DNA of 30,472 nt, taken from the NCBI GenBank assembly GCA_949127805.1, contig CASBQC010000085.1:1-30472 (forward strand). The letters run 5' to 3'. The position numbers and the translations under genes were made by a program. Positions 14,983 through 24,857 of this stretch are shown piece by piece. The DNA is from Nostocales cyanobacterium PMM_0081 (GTDB lineage: Bacteria > Cyanobacteriota > Cyanobacteriia > Cyanobacteriales > Nostocaceae). How positions within the stretch are numbered: position 1 is the stretch's first letter; every line of letters begins with the position of its first letter. The notes under the pieces are model-generated. The model saw nothing but the letters and a program-made list of their open reading frames with translations. It had not been told where the DNA came from and did not search any database.

Positions 14983-16122
14983 TTAACTAGAGTAATCCTC
15001 TAATTTTCCTTCCCTAACCGTATCCAATGTAAAGCAATGGAACCCACCACCAAAAAGTCGTCGGTGCCTGTGCCTGACTGGAATGGGTGTAAAACCATGC
15101 TTCTCTAAGGTTGTCATCAATTCGGGAAACAAAGAGTTAACAATTACTTTTTCCTCATCCACCGATAAAATATTTAAGTCAATATATTTGGTGGTCAAAA
15201 TCAACTCATCATCTTCATATTGAGGAAAAATATTCTCCGTTGGTTCTGGAGGATAAATGATATCCCATTTTTGCAAGAATTCTGGCAGTTTATCTAGAAA
15301 TTTGGGGTGGCGCAACAACAATTTACCCGGTTTTAAAGGCAGTATAATACTGTCAATATGATTGTCGGTCAACTGAAAAATCTTGTGTAATCTGAATTTA
15401 TCCCCCAAATGTCGCTCCAACCACTGAAATCCTAACCAATGATTTTCTGTCGCCACATTAACGATAATATCTTTGCCCAAACGGACGCATTGGGCACCAT
15501 CAATCATCATCTCATATCCGACATCAAATTCTGAGGTGTTTTGAGTGTAAATGTTTTCCACACAGGGGGTGCGATCGCTTGACACATAAGACATATCAAA
15601 AGAGCGATCGGTCATTATCGGTCTGGGCATCGTCGTCCATTTTGCCCCTTGATTAAAATAATGATAAAATATTGGTTTCAATAAGTCGTTCTCGAAATAC
15701 CTAGCTCTGATTTGAGGAGGCGTTTCAATAATTTCGTTACCAATGATTATCGCTTGGTCGCGCACATTTAAGGCGGGAATGCAAGTCGCCTCCCAATAAG
15801 GAGTCTTAAACTTAATGGGATGACTCAACGTCATAGGTTTGTGGACTTTCACCCCTAACCCTTCCAGGGTTTTGACCAGTTCCTCTACATCCTCTGCTAA
15901 CTCTTCGAGATATTTTTTTCCGAGCTTCCTGGTTGAAGAGGTTTCTGCTGAGTTTTCCTTTTGGCTTTCCTTTTTTTCATAAGAAGGATACCAGAAGGCT
16001 GTGTAAGCCACATCATGGAAAAAAAGCTTAAAAGACAACTCCAAGTCTTGGGTATTGTAATTAATCGGCGACCCCACAATCACTTCTTTTAAGGAAGACC
16101 ATTCGTCAAAGCTGTTTACCAT
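14983..16122 (-). CDS. Amidinotransferase (glycine/inosamine amidinotransferase family)
   Basis: 379 aa. The N-terminus is WSSLKEVIVGSP and the C-terminal catalytic-Cys motif is GGGFHCFTLD. It is the first gene of the operon and lies 3 nt from the P450 gene. Confidence 0.8.
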   Translation of the reverse strand: MVNSFDEWSSLKEVIVGSPINYNTQDLELSFKLFFHDVAYTAFWYPSYEKKESQKENSAETSSTRKLGKKYLEELAEDVEELVKTLEGLGVKVHKPMTLSHPIKFKTPYWEATCIPALNVRDQAIIIGNEIIETPPQIRARYFENDLLKPIFYHYFNQGAKWTTMPRPIMTDRSFDMSYVSSDRTPCVENIYTQNTSEFDVGYEMMIDGAQCVRLGKDIIVNVATENHWLGFQWLERHLGDKFRLHKIFQLTDNHIDSIILPLKPGKLLLRHPKFLDKLPEFLQKWDIIYPPEPTENIFPQYEDDELILTTKYIDLNILSVDEEKVIVNSLFPELMTTLEKHGFTPIPVRHRHRRLFGGGFHCFTLDTVREGKLEDYSS

Positions 16123-16405
16123 TACAGGACTTATGCTAATGTCACATCTCTAGAACTGTATCATCAAAGATAACAAGACTCAGGACAATTTTTAGTTGGG
16201 CGGGTAAGGGGTAAAAGTAGCTAAGAGATATTTAGCCGCCACGCAGGAAGCAATCGCAAAACTTTGGTAAAAAACTACAGTTGTCAAGTTAGACGAGGTT
16301 TATCTACTTAATATTTTGTTGAGACGATTTGCGATCGCCCTAAATTATACTTTGGCGAGAGTGACAAAAGAGAGTTAAGGTAAACCGCATCCACAACACT
16401 TATTT

Positions 16406-16512
16406 ATACCGAGTTGCGTTCTTTTGTAGTAGTTCAAGGTTAATGGGATTGCTTCCCTACGCGATCGTTCCGCTCGCAATGACAAATACTACGTTTGAAA
16501 GCGACTTGGTAT
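16406..16512. mobile_element. MITE-like remnant related to 2950..3120
   Basis: Imperfect termini ATACCGAGT...ACTTGGTAT, with an internal CGCTCGCAATGAC shared with the element at 2985..3090. Confidence 0.4.
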
Positions 16513-16558
16513 TAGCTTTCGCTCATACCATTTATTATCCATAATAATCAGCTTAATT

Positions 16559-16591
16559 AGCCCGCAGAACATCGCGGGCTTTGTTTGTGTG
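16559..16591 (+). terminator. Orphan intrinsic-terminator-like hairpin in a long intergenic region
   Basis: AGCCCGC-N8-GCGGGCT is followed by TTGTTTGTGTG. No + strand ORF lies upstream. Confidence 0.4.
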
Positions 16592-16825
16592 CCTGCGTTG
16601 CTCCCACCCTTCTTTTCTTGAGGGCAATACGCAACATCAACGATAATTTATATCACCGTCAATGTGTTGCTAAAGCTTATATTAGCGAAAATACTGAAAA
16701 TAGTTTTAATTGCGTATAACTACTAAATACTGTCAGTGTGAAAATGCCTTTTTTTTGTGCTAAAAAGCCTTATAAATTCACTTTAAATTTACCTGATTGA
16801 AGTGGATACAAATTAAATTAGCTAA

Positions 16826-16910
16826 TAGACATCTCCGAAAAAGAGACGTAGCAGTGCTACGTCTCTACAAGGGTTTCGGGCAACACATAGTTCATTTTCG
16901 GAGATGTCTA
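16826..16910. mobile_element. MITE copy M2 with perfect 16-bp TIRs
   Basis: TAGACATCTCCGAAAA...TTTTCGGAGATGTCTA, with the core hairpin AGACGTAGCA-G-TGCTACGTCT. The ATG at 16904 used by the ORF track lies inside the right TIR. Confidence 0.85.
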
Positions 16911-16978
16911 ATGAAAGGACTGAATCTGTTGCAAATAAACAGACTCTTCCCGCAACCTCAAAAATTAGAGATAAAATC

Positions 16979-18580
16979 ATGACAGTAACTATCAAAAAAT
17001 TGTTAATCGGTGCAACAGTAGCAGCAAGCATGAGTGCGATCGCTTCAACTCCAGCTTTTGGTGCAAGCATTGTTAAGCCTACTAAGATTCAATTCACCAC
17101 CAATGGTGTCAATAACACAGATGCCAATAAACCCAACATCAATACCTGGACTTATGGTTCTGCCCAATCCGATAAGACTGGCATCGGTGGTGTAAACCGA
17201 CGAGTTTTAAACGATACCAAAAACTCCGGCAATATTGAGAAAGCCACCGCAGCTTTAACAGATAACGATAGTGCTACCAACGTTGAACTATTTACAAATG
17301 GTGAAGTTGTCACAGATCACGTTGGCTTCAGTGCTAATTTAGGAAGAAACACCGTCAAGGTAGAAAGTGTCACTAAAGATGATTGGGCTGATGGTACATT
17401 AGCAACAACATGGTTAAAAGGCTTTGGTAATGCTTACAGCGGATTATTATCAAGCATCCCAACAACTCCTGGTTCTAACTTACTCAAAGATTTTAATACT
17501 AACTTTGGTTTTTTAGTTACTACTCTGAGCACCACTGGTTTCAACTCTGCTGGCGATCCTAACATTGGAGGGATTGCATTAAGTCAAATAGATAAACATA
17601 CTGGAGAATTGAAACTTGACTTAGTTGGACACTTGAATGTAGTTGGAAAATATGTAGATCCACGAGCAACGATTGTAGATACTCGAATAACAATTAAAGA
17701 TACCCAAAAAACCATTGTAGATACGCGAGCAACGATTGTAGATAGCCGAACAACCATTAAAGATACGCGAGCAACGATTGTAGATTCGCGAGCAACGATT
17801 GTAGATTCGCAACCAACGATTAAAGATAGCCGAAAAACCATTGTAGATACGCGACCAACAATTGTAGATACACAACCAACGATTAAAGATACCCAAAAAA
17901 CCATCACCGTAAATAAGAAAACTATCCCCAATTCAAATTACAACAAAGAAATCCCCAACCCAACTTTCAATAAACAAATCGCTAACCCAAATTACAACAA
18001 AGAAATCCCCAACCCAACTTCCAATCAACAAATCCCCAACCCAACTTTCAATCAACAAATCGCTAACCCAACTTTCAACAAAGACATCCCGAACCCAACT
18101 TTTAACAAAGACATTTCCAATCCAACTTACAACAAATCTATTCCCAACCCAACTTACAACAAAGACATTCCCAACCCAACTTACAACAAAGACATTCCCA
18201 ACCCAACTTACAACAAAGACATTCCTAACCCAACCTATCTTGCTAAATCCTCAGACTTTGCTCGTAACTCTACAGGAAATGTAATCTTTGACGGGATACT
18301 GCTTAATTTAGCGAGAACAGCAGTCACAACAAATACACCATTGCAAATCAGCGAAATTGCCAAAGTGACTTTCAATGGTAAAGTTGATTATGCATTTGGC
18401 TTTAAAGCTACAGACTCTGGTGCGATCGCAGGCGATCGCAAAGATACCACATCTCACACCGGCATTTACTCTTGGAGTAAGACTTACAAAACTGTACCCG
18501 AACCTTCTGCATTATTCGGTTTAGTAGCTGTCGGTGGTTTAGTAGTTGCTTCCCGACGCAAGCGTGTGAAAAACGCATAA
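16979..18580 (+). CDS. Secreted PEP-CTERM-anchored repeat protein
   Basis: The start is moved to the ATG at 16979, which gives a signal peptide MTVTIKKLLIGATVAASMSAIASTPAFGA. The C-terminus VPEPSALFGLVAVGGLVVASRRKR is a PEP-CTERM sorting signal. Confidence 0.8.
   Translation: MTVTIKKLLIGATVAASMSAIASTPAFGASIVKPTKIQFTTNGVNNTDANKPNINTWTYGSAQSDKTGIGGVNRRVLNDTKNSGNIEKATAALTDNDSATNVELFTNGEVVTDHVGFSANLGRNTVKVESVTKDDWADGTLATTWLKGFGNAYSGLLSSIPTTPGSNLLKDFNTNFGFLVTTLSTTGFNSAGDPNIGGIALSQIDKHTGELKLDLVGHLNVVGKYVDPRATIVDTRITIKDTQKTIVDTRATIVDSRTTIKDTRATIVDSRATIVDSQPTIKDSRKTIVDTRPTIVDTQPTIKDTQKTITVNKKTIPNSNYNKEIPNPTFNKQIANPNYNKEIPNPTSNQQIPNPTFNQQIANPTFNKDIPNPTFNKDISNPTYNKSIPNPTYNKDIPNPTYNKDIPNPTYNKDIPNPTYLAKSSDFARNSTGNVIFDGILLNLARTAVTTNTPLQISEIAKVTFNGKVDYAFGFKATDSGAIAGDRKDTTSHTGIYSWSKTYKTVPEPSALFGLVAVGGLVVASRRKRVKNA
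17657..17906 (+). repeat. About 12 tandem 21-bp (7-aa) coding repeats, xTI(V/K)D(T/S)(R/Q)
   Basis: ATIVDTR ITIKDTQ KTIVDTR ATIVDSR and so on. The antisense ORFs here (17584..17931 and 17621..17896) are repeat artefacts. Confidence 0.85.
17924..18237 (+). repeat. About 11.5 tandem 27-bp (9-aa) coding repeats, IPNPT(Y/F)NK(D/E/Q)
   Basis: The last four units are nearly identical at nucleotide level (attcccaacccaacttacaacaaagac). Confidence 0.85.
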
Positions 18581-18719
18581 GTTCTGAATTTCACACTTGG
18601 CTAAATTTAATAAGTTGATTTTGGCAACTTTTCAGCAACTGAATTGAGATAAATGCGGTGTGAGAAGAGATTGCATAAACCAGTTTTAGCAGTCATCAAT
18701 TAATTATAAATTTAAATTA

Positions 18720-18762
18720 GGGGTAGAACTTCAGTTTTACCCCTACTTGCTTTTGTCTTGTT
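18720..18762 (+). terminator. Intrinsic terminator candidate for the PEP-CTERM gene
   Basis: GGGGTA-N12-TACCCC is followed by the T-rich CTTGCTTTTGTCTTGTT. Confidence 0.45.
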
Positions 18763-18808
18763 CCCAGTCAGAGCATAGGAGCTAGAAAATTACTGAATTT
18801 TCCCTTAT

Positions 18809-18839
18809 ATAAAAAACCCCTAGTATTTCTACCAGGGGT
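18809..18839 (-). terminator. Intrinsic terminator candidate for clpC
   Basis: On the minus strand, ACCCCTGGTAGAAATACTAGGGGT is followed by TTTTTT. It lies about 45 nt after the clpC stop. Confidence 0.55.
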
Positions 18840-18881
18840 CAAATTTATACTTTATTCAAGCAAAAAGTGATTTGCTACAAA

Positions 18882-21332
18882 TTAGCCAACACTCGTTAAT
18901 AACAACTCGCGTTTTTCTGCCTTGCGAACTACCACCTGTCCGTCGTCGTCAACGTCAACAATAGCTGCGTCTCCATCGACGACTTGACCGGATAGCATAG
19001 CTTCGGCAAGAGAATCTTCCAAAAGCCGCATAATCGCTCTACGTAAAGGTCTAGCACCGTAGCTGGGGTCATAACCTTCTTGTACCACACGCTCTTTAAA
19101 GCGTTCAGTCACTTCTAAGGAAATTCCCTTTTCAGTCAACCGGCTAGCAACTTCTTTCAACATGATTTCCGCGATTTGCTTGACTTCTTCTTTGTTCAAC
19201 TGAGTGAAGACGATAATCTCATCCAGACGGTTGAGGAACTCAGGACGGAAGTAAGCTTTTAGTTCTTCGTTCACCAAAGTTTTGATGCGGGTGTAATTTG
19301 CATCGGCTGCATTTTCGTTGAAATCGAAGCCTAAACCACCACCACCTTTTTCAATTACCTTAGAACCGATGTTAGAAGTCAAGATAATCAAGGTGTTTTT
19401 AAAGTCCACCTTGCGACCTTTCGCATCACTGAGATGACCGTCATCTAAGATTTGCAACAGCATATTGAATACATCGGGGTGCGCTTTTTCGATTTCGTCG
19501 AATAGCAGCACTGTGTATGGTTTGCGGCGCACGGCTTCGGTTAGTTGTCCGCCTTCGTCGTATCCTACGTAACCAGGAGGCGAACCAATTAACTTAGAAA
19601 CGGTGTGACGTTCCATGTATTCAGACATATCCAGACGAATCATTGCTTCTTCGGAACCAAAGAAGTAAGAAGCTAATGATTTTGCTAACTCGGTTTTACC
19701 AACGCCGGTGGGACCAGAGAAAATAAAGCTAGCAATTGGACGGTTGGGATTCTTTAAGCCAACTCTAGCGCGACGGATGGCGCGAGATACTGAGGTGACA
19801 GCTTGCTCTTGACCGATGAGCCGTTGGTGGAGAGTATCTTCTAAGTGTAGAAGCAACTCTGACTCAGATTCGGTCAGCTTGTTGACGGGTACACCAGTCC
19901 AGGAAGCGACGATTTGGGCGATGTCTTCTTCATCAACGATTCCGTGGAAAATTGCCTGGTTTTGGGATTCTACTTGCAGTTGCGCTTCAATTTCTAATTC
20001 TTGATCGCGCATTTGTCCTGCTTTGTCAAAATCTTGGAGTCTGACGGCTTCGTCTTTAGCTTTGGAAACGCTGAAGAGTTGACGCTTGAGTTCTTTGTTG
20101 GTAGAGGACATGGAGTTCCGCAGACGAACGCGAGAACCGGCTTCATCAATCAAGTCTATGGCTTTATCTGGGAGAAAGCGATCGCTAATATAGCGGTCTG
20201 ACAATTCGGCGGCAGCTTTTAACGCTGCATCAGAAATTGTCACTCTATGGTGTTGCTCGTAAACGCTCCGCAAGCCCTGTAGAATCTCAATGGTTTCCGG
20301 TACAGTGGGTTCCCCGACCAGAATTGGTTGGAAACGCCGCTCTAGAGCCGCATCGCGCTCAATGTGTTTGCGATACTCGTCAAGTGTGGTTGCTCCCAAG
20401 CACTGAAGTTCACCCCGCGCTAATGCTGGCTTGAGGATGTTAGAAGCATCCAAGCCGCCTTCTGTGCCACCAGCACCAACAAGCGTGTGAATTTCATCTA
20501 TCACGAGGATGATATTACCCGCAGTGCGGACTTCCTCCATGATTTTCTTCAGGCGTTCTTCAAAATCGCCACGGAAGCGAGTACCTGACACTACCGATGC
20601 CATGTCTAGGCTGATAACTTGCTTGTCTTGCAAAATATCGGGCACATCTTGATTTATAATGCGTTGTGCTAGACCTTCGGCGATCGCTGTTTTGCCTACT
20701 CCTGGTTCGCCAATCAAGACTGGGTTATTCTTGGTACGGCGACCGAGAATTTGCACAGCACGCTCAATTTCTTTTTCTCGACCAACTACAGGGTCAATCT
20801 TGCCTTCTTTGGCTAGTTTGGTGAGATTTCTGCCAAACTCTTCTATACTTAGGTTTTGGGTGCGTTTTTGACCACCACCACCTGCGGTAACGCTTGGATC
20901 ATCACCCAAGCGGCGAATGACTGCACTGCGGATACTCTGTAGTTCAACTCCCAGATTTTGCAGTACTTTGGCAGCGACACCCTCACCAGCTTCAGTCAAT
21001 CCCAAGAGTAGATGTTCTGTGTTTATGTAGTTGTGTCCGAGACTGCGAGCTTCTTTAAATGATTGCTCAAACAGGCTTTTGACCTTCGGTGTAAACGGAA
21101 TTTCTGGTGGTACAAAGCCAGTACCGCGACCAATGATTTTTTCTACTTCTCGACGTGCGTCTTTGAGGGTAACACCCAACTCAGTTAGAACTTTAGCACC
21201 CACCCCAGTTCCTTCTCCCATCAAGCCCAGGAGAATCTGTTCTGTGCCGACAAAGTTGTGTCCCAGGCGTCGAGCTTCCTCCTGAGCTAACATAATTACT
21301 CTAATGGCTTCGGAAGTGAAGTGTTCAAACAT
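18882..21332 (-). CDS. clpC: ATP-dependent Clp protease ATP-binding subunit ClpC
   Basis: 816 aa with the duplicated Clp_N repeat ([37 protein letters not shown]), two AAA+ modules ([15 protein letters not shown] and [15 protein letters not shown]) and a UVR-like linker. Confidence 0.95.
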   Translation of the reverse strand: MFEHFTSEAIRVIMLAQEEARRLGHNFVGTEQILLGLMGEGTGVGAKVLTELGVTLKDARREVEKIIGRGTGFVPPEIPFTPKVKSLFEQSFKEARSLGHNYINTEHLLLGLTEAGEGVAAKVLQNLGVELQSIRSAVIRRLGDDPSVTAGGGGQKRTQNLSIEEFGRNLTKLAKEGKIDPVVGREKEIERAVQILGRRTKNNPVLIGEPGVGKTAIAEGLAQRIINQDVPDILQDKQVISLDMASVVSGTRFRGDFEERLKKIMEEVRTAGNIILVIDEIHTLVGAGGTEGGLDASNILKPALARGELQCLGATTLDEYRKHIERDAALERRFQPILVGEPTVPETIEILQGLRSVYEQHHRVTISDAALKAAAELSDRYISDRFLPDKAIDLIDEAGSRVRLRNSMSSTNKELKRQLFSVSKAKDEAVRLQDFDKAGQMRDQELEIEAQLQVESQNQAIFHGIVDEEDIAQIVASWTGVPVNKLTESESELLLHLEDTLHQRLIGQEQAVTSVSRAIRRARVGLKNPNRPIASFIFSGPTGVGKTELAKSLASYFFGSEEAMIRLDMSEYMERHTVSKLIGSPPGYVGYDEGGQLTEAVRRKPYTVLLFDEIEKAHPDVFNMLLQILDDGHLSDAKGRKVDFKNTLIILTSNIGSKVIEKGGGGLGFDFNENAADANYTRIKTLVNEELKAYFRPEFLNRLDEIIVFTQLNKEEVKQIAEIMLKEVASRLTEKGISLEVTERFKERVVQEGYDPSYGARPLRRAIMRLLEDSLAEAMLSGQVVDGDAAIVDVDDDGQVVVRKAEKRELLLTSVG

Positions 21333-21584
21333 AACGGGTTCTTGCTCCCTTGCTGCTTATACTAGAGTGAAAATAATCTTCACTCTTTTTAAACTTTCAT
21401 GTATTTTCTTAAGGACAATGTATCTTTATTTAAAGTGAAGTGGCAGTAGTGAGAGCCGTAAGACTCAGGTGTGGTTGCCGTCTAGTAGTAGATTGGAGAC
21501 CCTGGAGAGCTTGTAAAAGCGCAAAATAATAGCTTTTGGCTCCGAAATTTTGGCGAAATATCAAATTTAAAATCAGTGTAAATT

Positions 21585-21881
21585 ATGACAGACGCATCTG
21601 TAGGTAAAGATCAACAACATCCACTTTACAATCGCGATCGCCCTCTAATAGATAGTTTACTATCTCAAGAGCCAACAGATTACAATTTAGCAGAACTTGC
21701 TAGGCTGCAAATACGTTATCAAGGCTTTCCAGGTGCCAGAGACATTCAACAGACTTTAAATCGAGTCTTACAACAGTGGGGTTTGACGGAAGCCGAACTT
21801 TATGATAAAACCCGCCAAATTCACAATTTTGCCAAGATTTACACAAGTCGCGGCAAAAAAGAAGAACAAGATTGGAATTAG
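21585..21881 (+). CDS. Conserved cyanobacterial small protein (DUF3288-like)
   Basis: 98 aa. EPTDYNLAELARLQIRYQGFPGARDIQ matches my recollection of this family. The assignment was not verified by a search. Confidence 0.55.
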   Translation: MTDASVGKDQQHPLYNRDRPLIDSLLSQEPTDYNLAELARLQIRYQGFPGARDIQQTLNRVLQQWGLTEAELYDKTRQIHNFAKIYTSRGKKEEQDWN

Positions 21882-22019
21882 GGAATGGGAAAGGGGTGCA
21901 TGGGAAAGGGGAATGGAGAAAAGCCCAATTACCACGTTTTGTATTCCCAATTATCAATGCCCGATGCCCAAGTTTGGTTTTTATCTAATTCGTCATCTGA
22001 CTTTGGTATGAGAAATTGT

Positions 22020-22244
22020 TCAATCTTCGGATATTTCGGATCTCTTATTTATCTCATCTAAAACTTCCACGTCTTCAACAGAAGGCAAGGGTAATTGCTT
22101 GGCTTGCAGCAGTTGTCTATAAAGTTGTGCTTCAAGACGGTTAGAAGTTTGAAAATCTGGTTTGCTGTTGTATGAGTCGCCTAATCGAGATTCCTCAGTT
22201 TCTAACCCAACTAGGCGTAAGATAAAATCGCGTAGTCTACGCAT
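22020..22244 (-). CDS. Hypothetical protein
   Basis: 74-aa ORF with no recognisable motif. Coding status is uncertain. Confidence 0.3.
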   Translation of the reverse strand: MRRLRDFILRLVGLETEESRLGDSYNSKPDFQTSNRLEAQLYRQLLQAKQLPLPSVEDVEVLDEINKRSEISED

Positions 22245-22630
22245 TTTTTATATCCAAGTACATCATACTTGTAATTACGCAAACGCTTTCACCTAATCAG
22301 TCAGTTTTCGCGCTTATGAGATAAAGAAAAAATGGAAATGAAAGCAGTTCGGTGTATCTTAAAGTAGCCACAGAGTAATAAAAAAGAGGGAGAAGGGGGA
22401 AAGAAGTGAGAATATTTTTCTCGGTATATACTCTGGGATTATAAGCTATATTTATTTTTTTATACGTCGTAAAATTGAAACTCGTACTAGCAAATTGGGT
22501 TATTAGCGCCCAAAATGTTGAATTCCAAATATGACTTGATTGCTATTAAATTGGGAGATGGCTGTTCAATTAACCTCCATCAAATTTCCAAAATCCATCA
22601 GATGAATTTGCAGTTGAAGCAAATAGCGAA

Positions 22631-23194
22631 TTAGAAAACTACATCTTCGTAAAGCTCGGCTATTGTGACTTCAAAGTTAATACTGTGTAGTCGAAATGAT
22701 TTATTTTCTGCTGTGTAAAATTGCAAAACCCATAGCCCTTCATCATTACGGCGGAAACAATCGACTCGTTGACGTTTGGTGTTAATTAAAACATACTCTT
22801 TGAGACTTGATAAAGTTTGGTAATCGGCGAATTTGTCTCCCCGGTCAAAGGCTTCAGTAGAGTTAGATAACACCTCGACAATTAAACAGGGAAAACTTTT
22901 ATACGCAGGAGTTTCCTGATCTCGTCGATCGCAAGTCACCATGACATCGGGATAGTAATATCGATTTATAGATTCGATGCGTGCTTTCATGTCGGCGATG
23001 TAAACACGACAACCTGAGCCACGTACATGATTACGTAGAAGTGTAGCAAAGTTGAGAGCAATGGTGACGTGGGAATCAAGCGCTCCAGCCATTGCGTAGA
23101 TGTAGCCGTCGATGTATTCATGTTTGATGTCGCTGTGTTCCTCCATTTGGAGGTATTCGTCAGGGGTGAAGTAAATTTCAGGTGAAGCAACCAT
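22631..23194 (-). CDS. Uma2-family (DUF820) endonuclease
   Basis: 187 aa. The motifs YFTPDEYLQMEE, KHEYIDGYIYAMAG, YYPDVMVTCD and LIVEVLSNST follow the PD-(D/E)xK Uma2 pattern. Confidence 0.85.
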   Translation of the reverse strand: MVASPEIYFTPDEYLQMEEHSDIKHEYIDGYIYAMAGALDSHVTIALNFATLLRNHVRGSGCRVYIADMKARIESINRYYYPDVMVTCDRRDQETPAYKSFPCLIVEVLSNSTEAFDRGDKFADYQTLSSLKEYVLINTKRQRVDCFRRNDEGLWVLQFYTAENKSFRLHSINFEVTIAELYEDVVF

Positions 23195-23247
23195 ATTTCA
23201 AACCTCAAGGTTAAGCAATGGAAATTTCTTGATTTAATTTCCTCTCA

Positions 23248-23300
23248 CTCGTAGTGAGCGGTTCACCGCTCAATTTTAAGGGCTGGAGCCGCTTACTACG
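23248..23300. repeat. Palindromic dispersed repeat downstream of the MlaD-like gene
   Basis: The inner hairpin is TGAGCGG-TTCA-CCGCTCA (23255..23272). The outer imperfect pair is CGTAGTGAGCGG / CCGCTTACTACG. Confidence 0.5.
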
Positions 23301-23331
23301 TTTAAGAGCGCGTTTATTTACACTCCAGTAC

Positions 23332-24840
23332 TTAGTTATCAGTTGTCAGCCTAAATCCCGTGTTTTCTTCTTGTTTAAACTGCTGAAGGTTCTTTTGCTG
23401 CTCTTTATAGTCACGCAACTGCTTCAATAAGCGTGCTTGAGATGAAGTGTAGGTACTTGAACTAATTGTAATTTCTGGCTTTTTGGCAGCACTTTTCTCT
23501 TCAGCAGGTGACATATTAATAATCATCACCTTTTGGGTTGCCCTTGGGGTAGGAATAACCAAATCTGGTTTGTTAACGGATGCTTTAAAAGAATCTAAAG
23601 TATCAGCAACCTGCACTTGCTGTTGCATTTGCTCTGTGGAAGAAACTAAAGTACTTAAACCATTCACCAATTGCCGCAAATTATTTATAAAAGCGGGATC
23701 ACCTGTCAACTCATCTAAATCAGATGTAATTTTTTGGGTATTTTCAAATGTTACCCGTGCCGAATCCAAAGTTTGTTGCAATAGCAGTCGATTACTTGGA
23801 TCGTTGAAGGTTTTAGTAGCATCGCGTAAATTAGTTGATGCTTGAGCTGCATTTGCTGAGAGAGTTTCTAAATTTTCTAGTAATTTTCCTTGGGTAAACC
23901 GATTAACAGTTGGTGATAAACTGCTGACTGTAACGCGCAGTTGATTGCTGGCTTGGCTAAGATTATTTAATGTCCCAACCAGCGTTGAGCGATTTGTTGT
24001 CACCAGGTTATCGAGATTTGTCACCAAACTTTTTGCTTGATTTGCAGTGGAACTAATAGTTTTTGCGGTTCTACCAAATTCAGTTGCGGTTGTGCCCAAT
24101 TCAGTTGCGGTTGTGCTAAATTGCTTGGCGGTCGTACCAAATTGAATTACTGTTTGATTAGTAGATGTACTAAGTTTATCTGTTGCTCGTTGCACTGAAT
24201 TAGCTGTAGCGGAAAAAGTGCCTAATTGTTGTTGTGCGTTTTTGCTCAAAACCTGGAGTTCTCGACTTAAAGCCGCTATATTGGCAGCAGCTTGAGAAGC
24301 GGTTTCTAGGGTTTTATTGACATTGTTATAAAATTTCGGGTTACTATATGCAACAGATAGCGCTGTTGAACTGCGAATAAGCTCATCAACACTGATGCCA
24401 ACCTGACCTTTTAAGCGAGAGCCATTACAGACGATAATCTGAGGATTGCAATTTTTTTCTGTGGGTTTAGCGACATCAGTTGCTTGAATTAGCGTTGCTT
24501 TTGGTGTGATGTCGATAATGCTTTCGCTAATCAAACCGGACTGATTAGTTTCAACTAATACATCACGGGGGATTTTCAAATCAGGTTGAGTAATATCAAC
24601 CTCCACTTCAACGTTACTTAAACCAGGTTGAATTTTAGAAATACTGCCTACTTTGACACCACGATAGCGAACAAGTGTTCCCTTTTGCATTCCGGTGGCG
24701 TTAGCAAACTCGATAATAACTTTGTATGAACGTTGAGATGTAGTGACTCTATTCAACCACAGCAGAATTAGTCCAAATACTCCTAATCCTGCCAAAAGCA
24801 ATAACCCTACAGAACCTTCTCTAAATGTTCGCGATCGCAT
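23332..24840 (-). CDS. MlaD/MCE-family ABC transporter substrate-binding protein with long helical C-terminal extension
   Basis: An N-terminal TM segment (GLLLLAGLGVFGLILLWL) precedes the MCE domain (YKVIIEFANATGMQKGTLVRYRGVKVGSISKI). The C-terminal half is low-complexity T/S/N/Q-rich helical repeats. Confidence 0.8.
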   Translation of the reverse strand: MRSRTFREGSVGLLLLAGLGVFGLILLWLNRVTTSQRSYKVIIEFANATGMQKGTLVRYRGVKVGSISKIQPGLSNVEVEVDITQPDLKIPRDVLVETNQSGLISESIIDITPKATLIQATDVAKPTEKNCNPQIIVCNGSRLKGQVGISVDELIRSSTALSVAYSNPKFYNNVNKTLETASQAAANIAALSRELQVLSKNAQQQLGTFSATANSVQRATDKLSTSTNQTVIQFGTTAKQFSTTATELGTTATEFGRTAKTISSTANQAKSLVTNLDNLVTTNRSTLVGTLNNLSQASNQLRVTVSSLSPTVNRFTQGKLLENLETLSANAAQASTNLRDATKTFNDPSNRLLLQQTLDSARVTFENTQKITSDLDELTGDPAFINNLRQLVNGLSTLVSSTEQMQQQVQVADTLDSFKASVNKPDLVIPTPRATQKVMIINMSPAEEKSAAKKPEITISSSTYTSSQARLLKQLRDYKEQQKNLQQFKQEENTGFRLTTDN

Positions 24841-24857
24841 TTTACTCCTTCTGCCAT

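Noticed and set aside
16797-17070. ORFs 16797..16982 (+) and 16822..17070 (-)
   Set aside because: They are translations across the MITE at 16826..16910 and the 5' region of the PEP-CTERM gene. The peptide RHLRKRDVAVLRLYKGF is the MITE-encoded frame also seen at 28088.
19816-21285. Five + strand ORFs of 62-84 aa opposite clpC
   Set aside because: They are antisense shadows of a highly conserved gene with Arg/Ser/Pro-rich composition. There is no independent support.
21364-21390. Hairpin AGAGTGAA-N7-TTCACTCT followed by TTTT in the clpC upstream region
   Set aside because: The U-tract is on the + strand, antisense to the clpC leader, where no gene needs terminating. It could be a leader structure or an antisense terminator, but the sequence alone does not discriminate, so it was not called.
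21882-22011. ORFs 21700..21957 (-), 21768..21950 (-) and 21802..22011 (+) after the DUF3288-like gene
   Set aside because: The region is made of GGGAAAGGGG and CCCAAT-type simple repeats. The ORFs overlap each other and a better-supported CDS.
23483-23845. 120-aa + strand ORF inside the MlaD-like gene
   Set aside because: It is antisense to a supported CDS in its low-complexity T/S/N-rich half, so it is an artefact.
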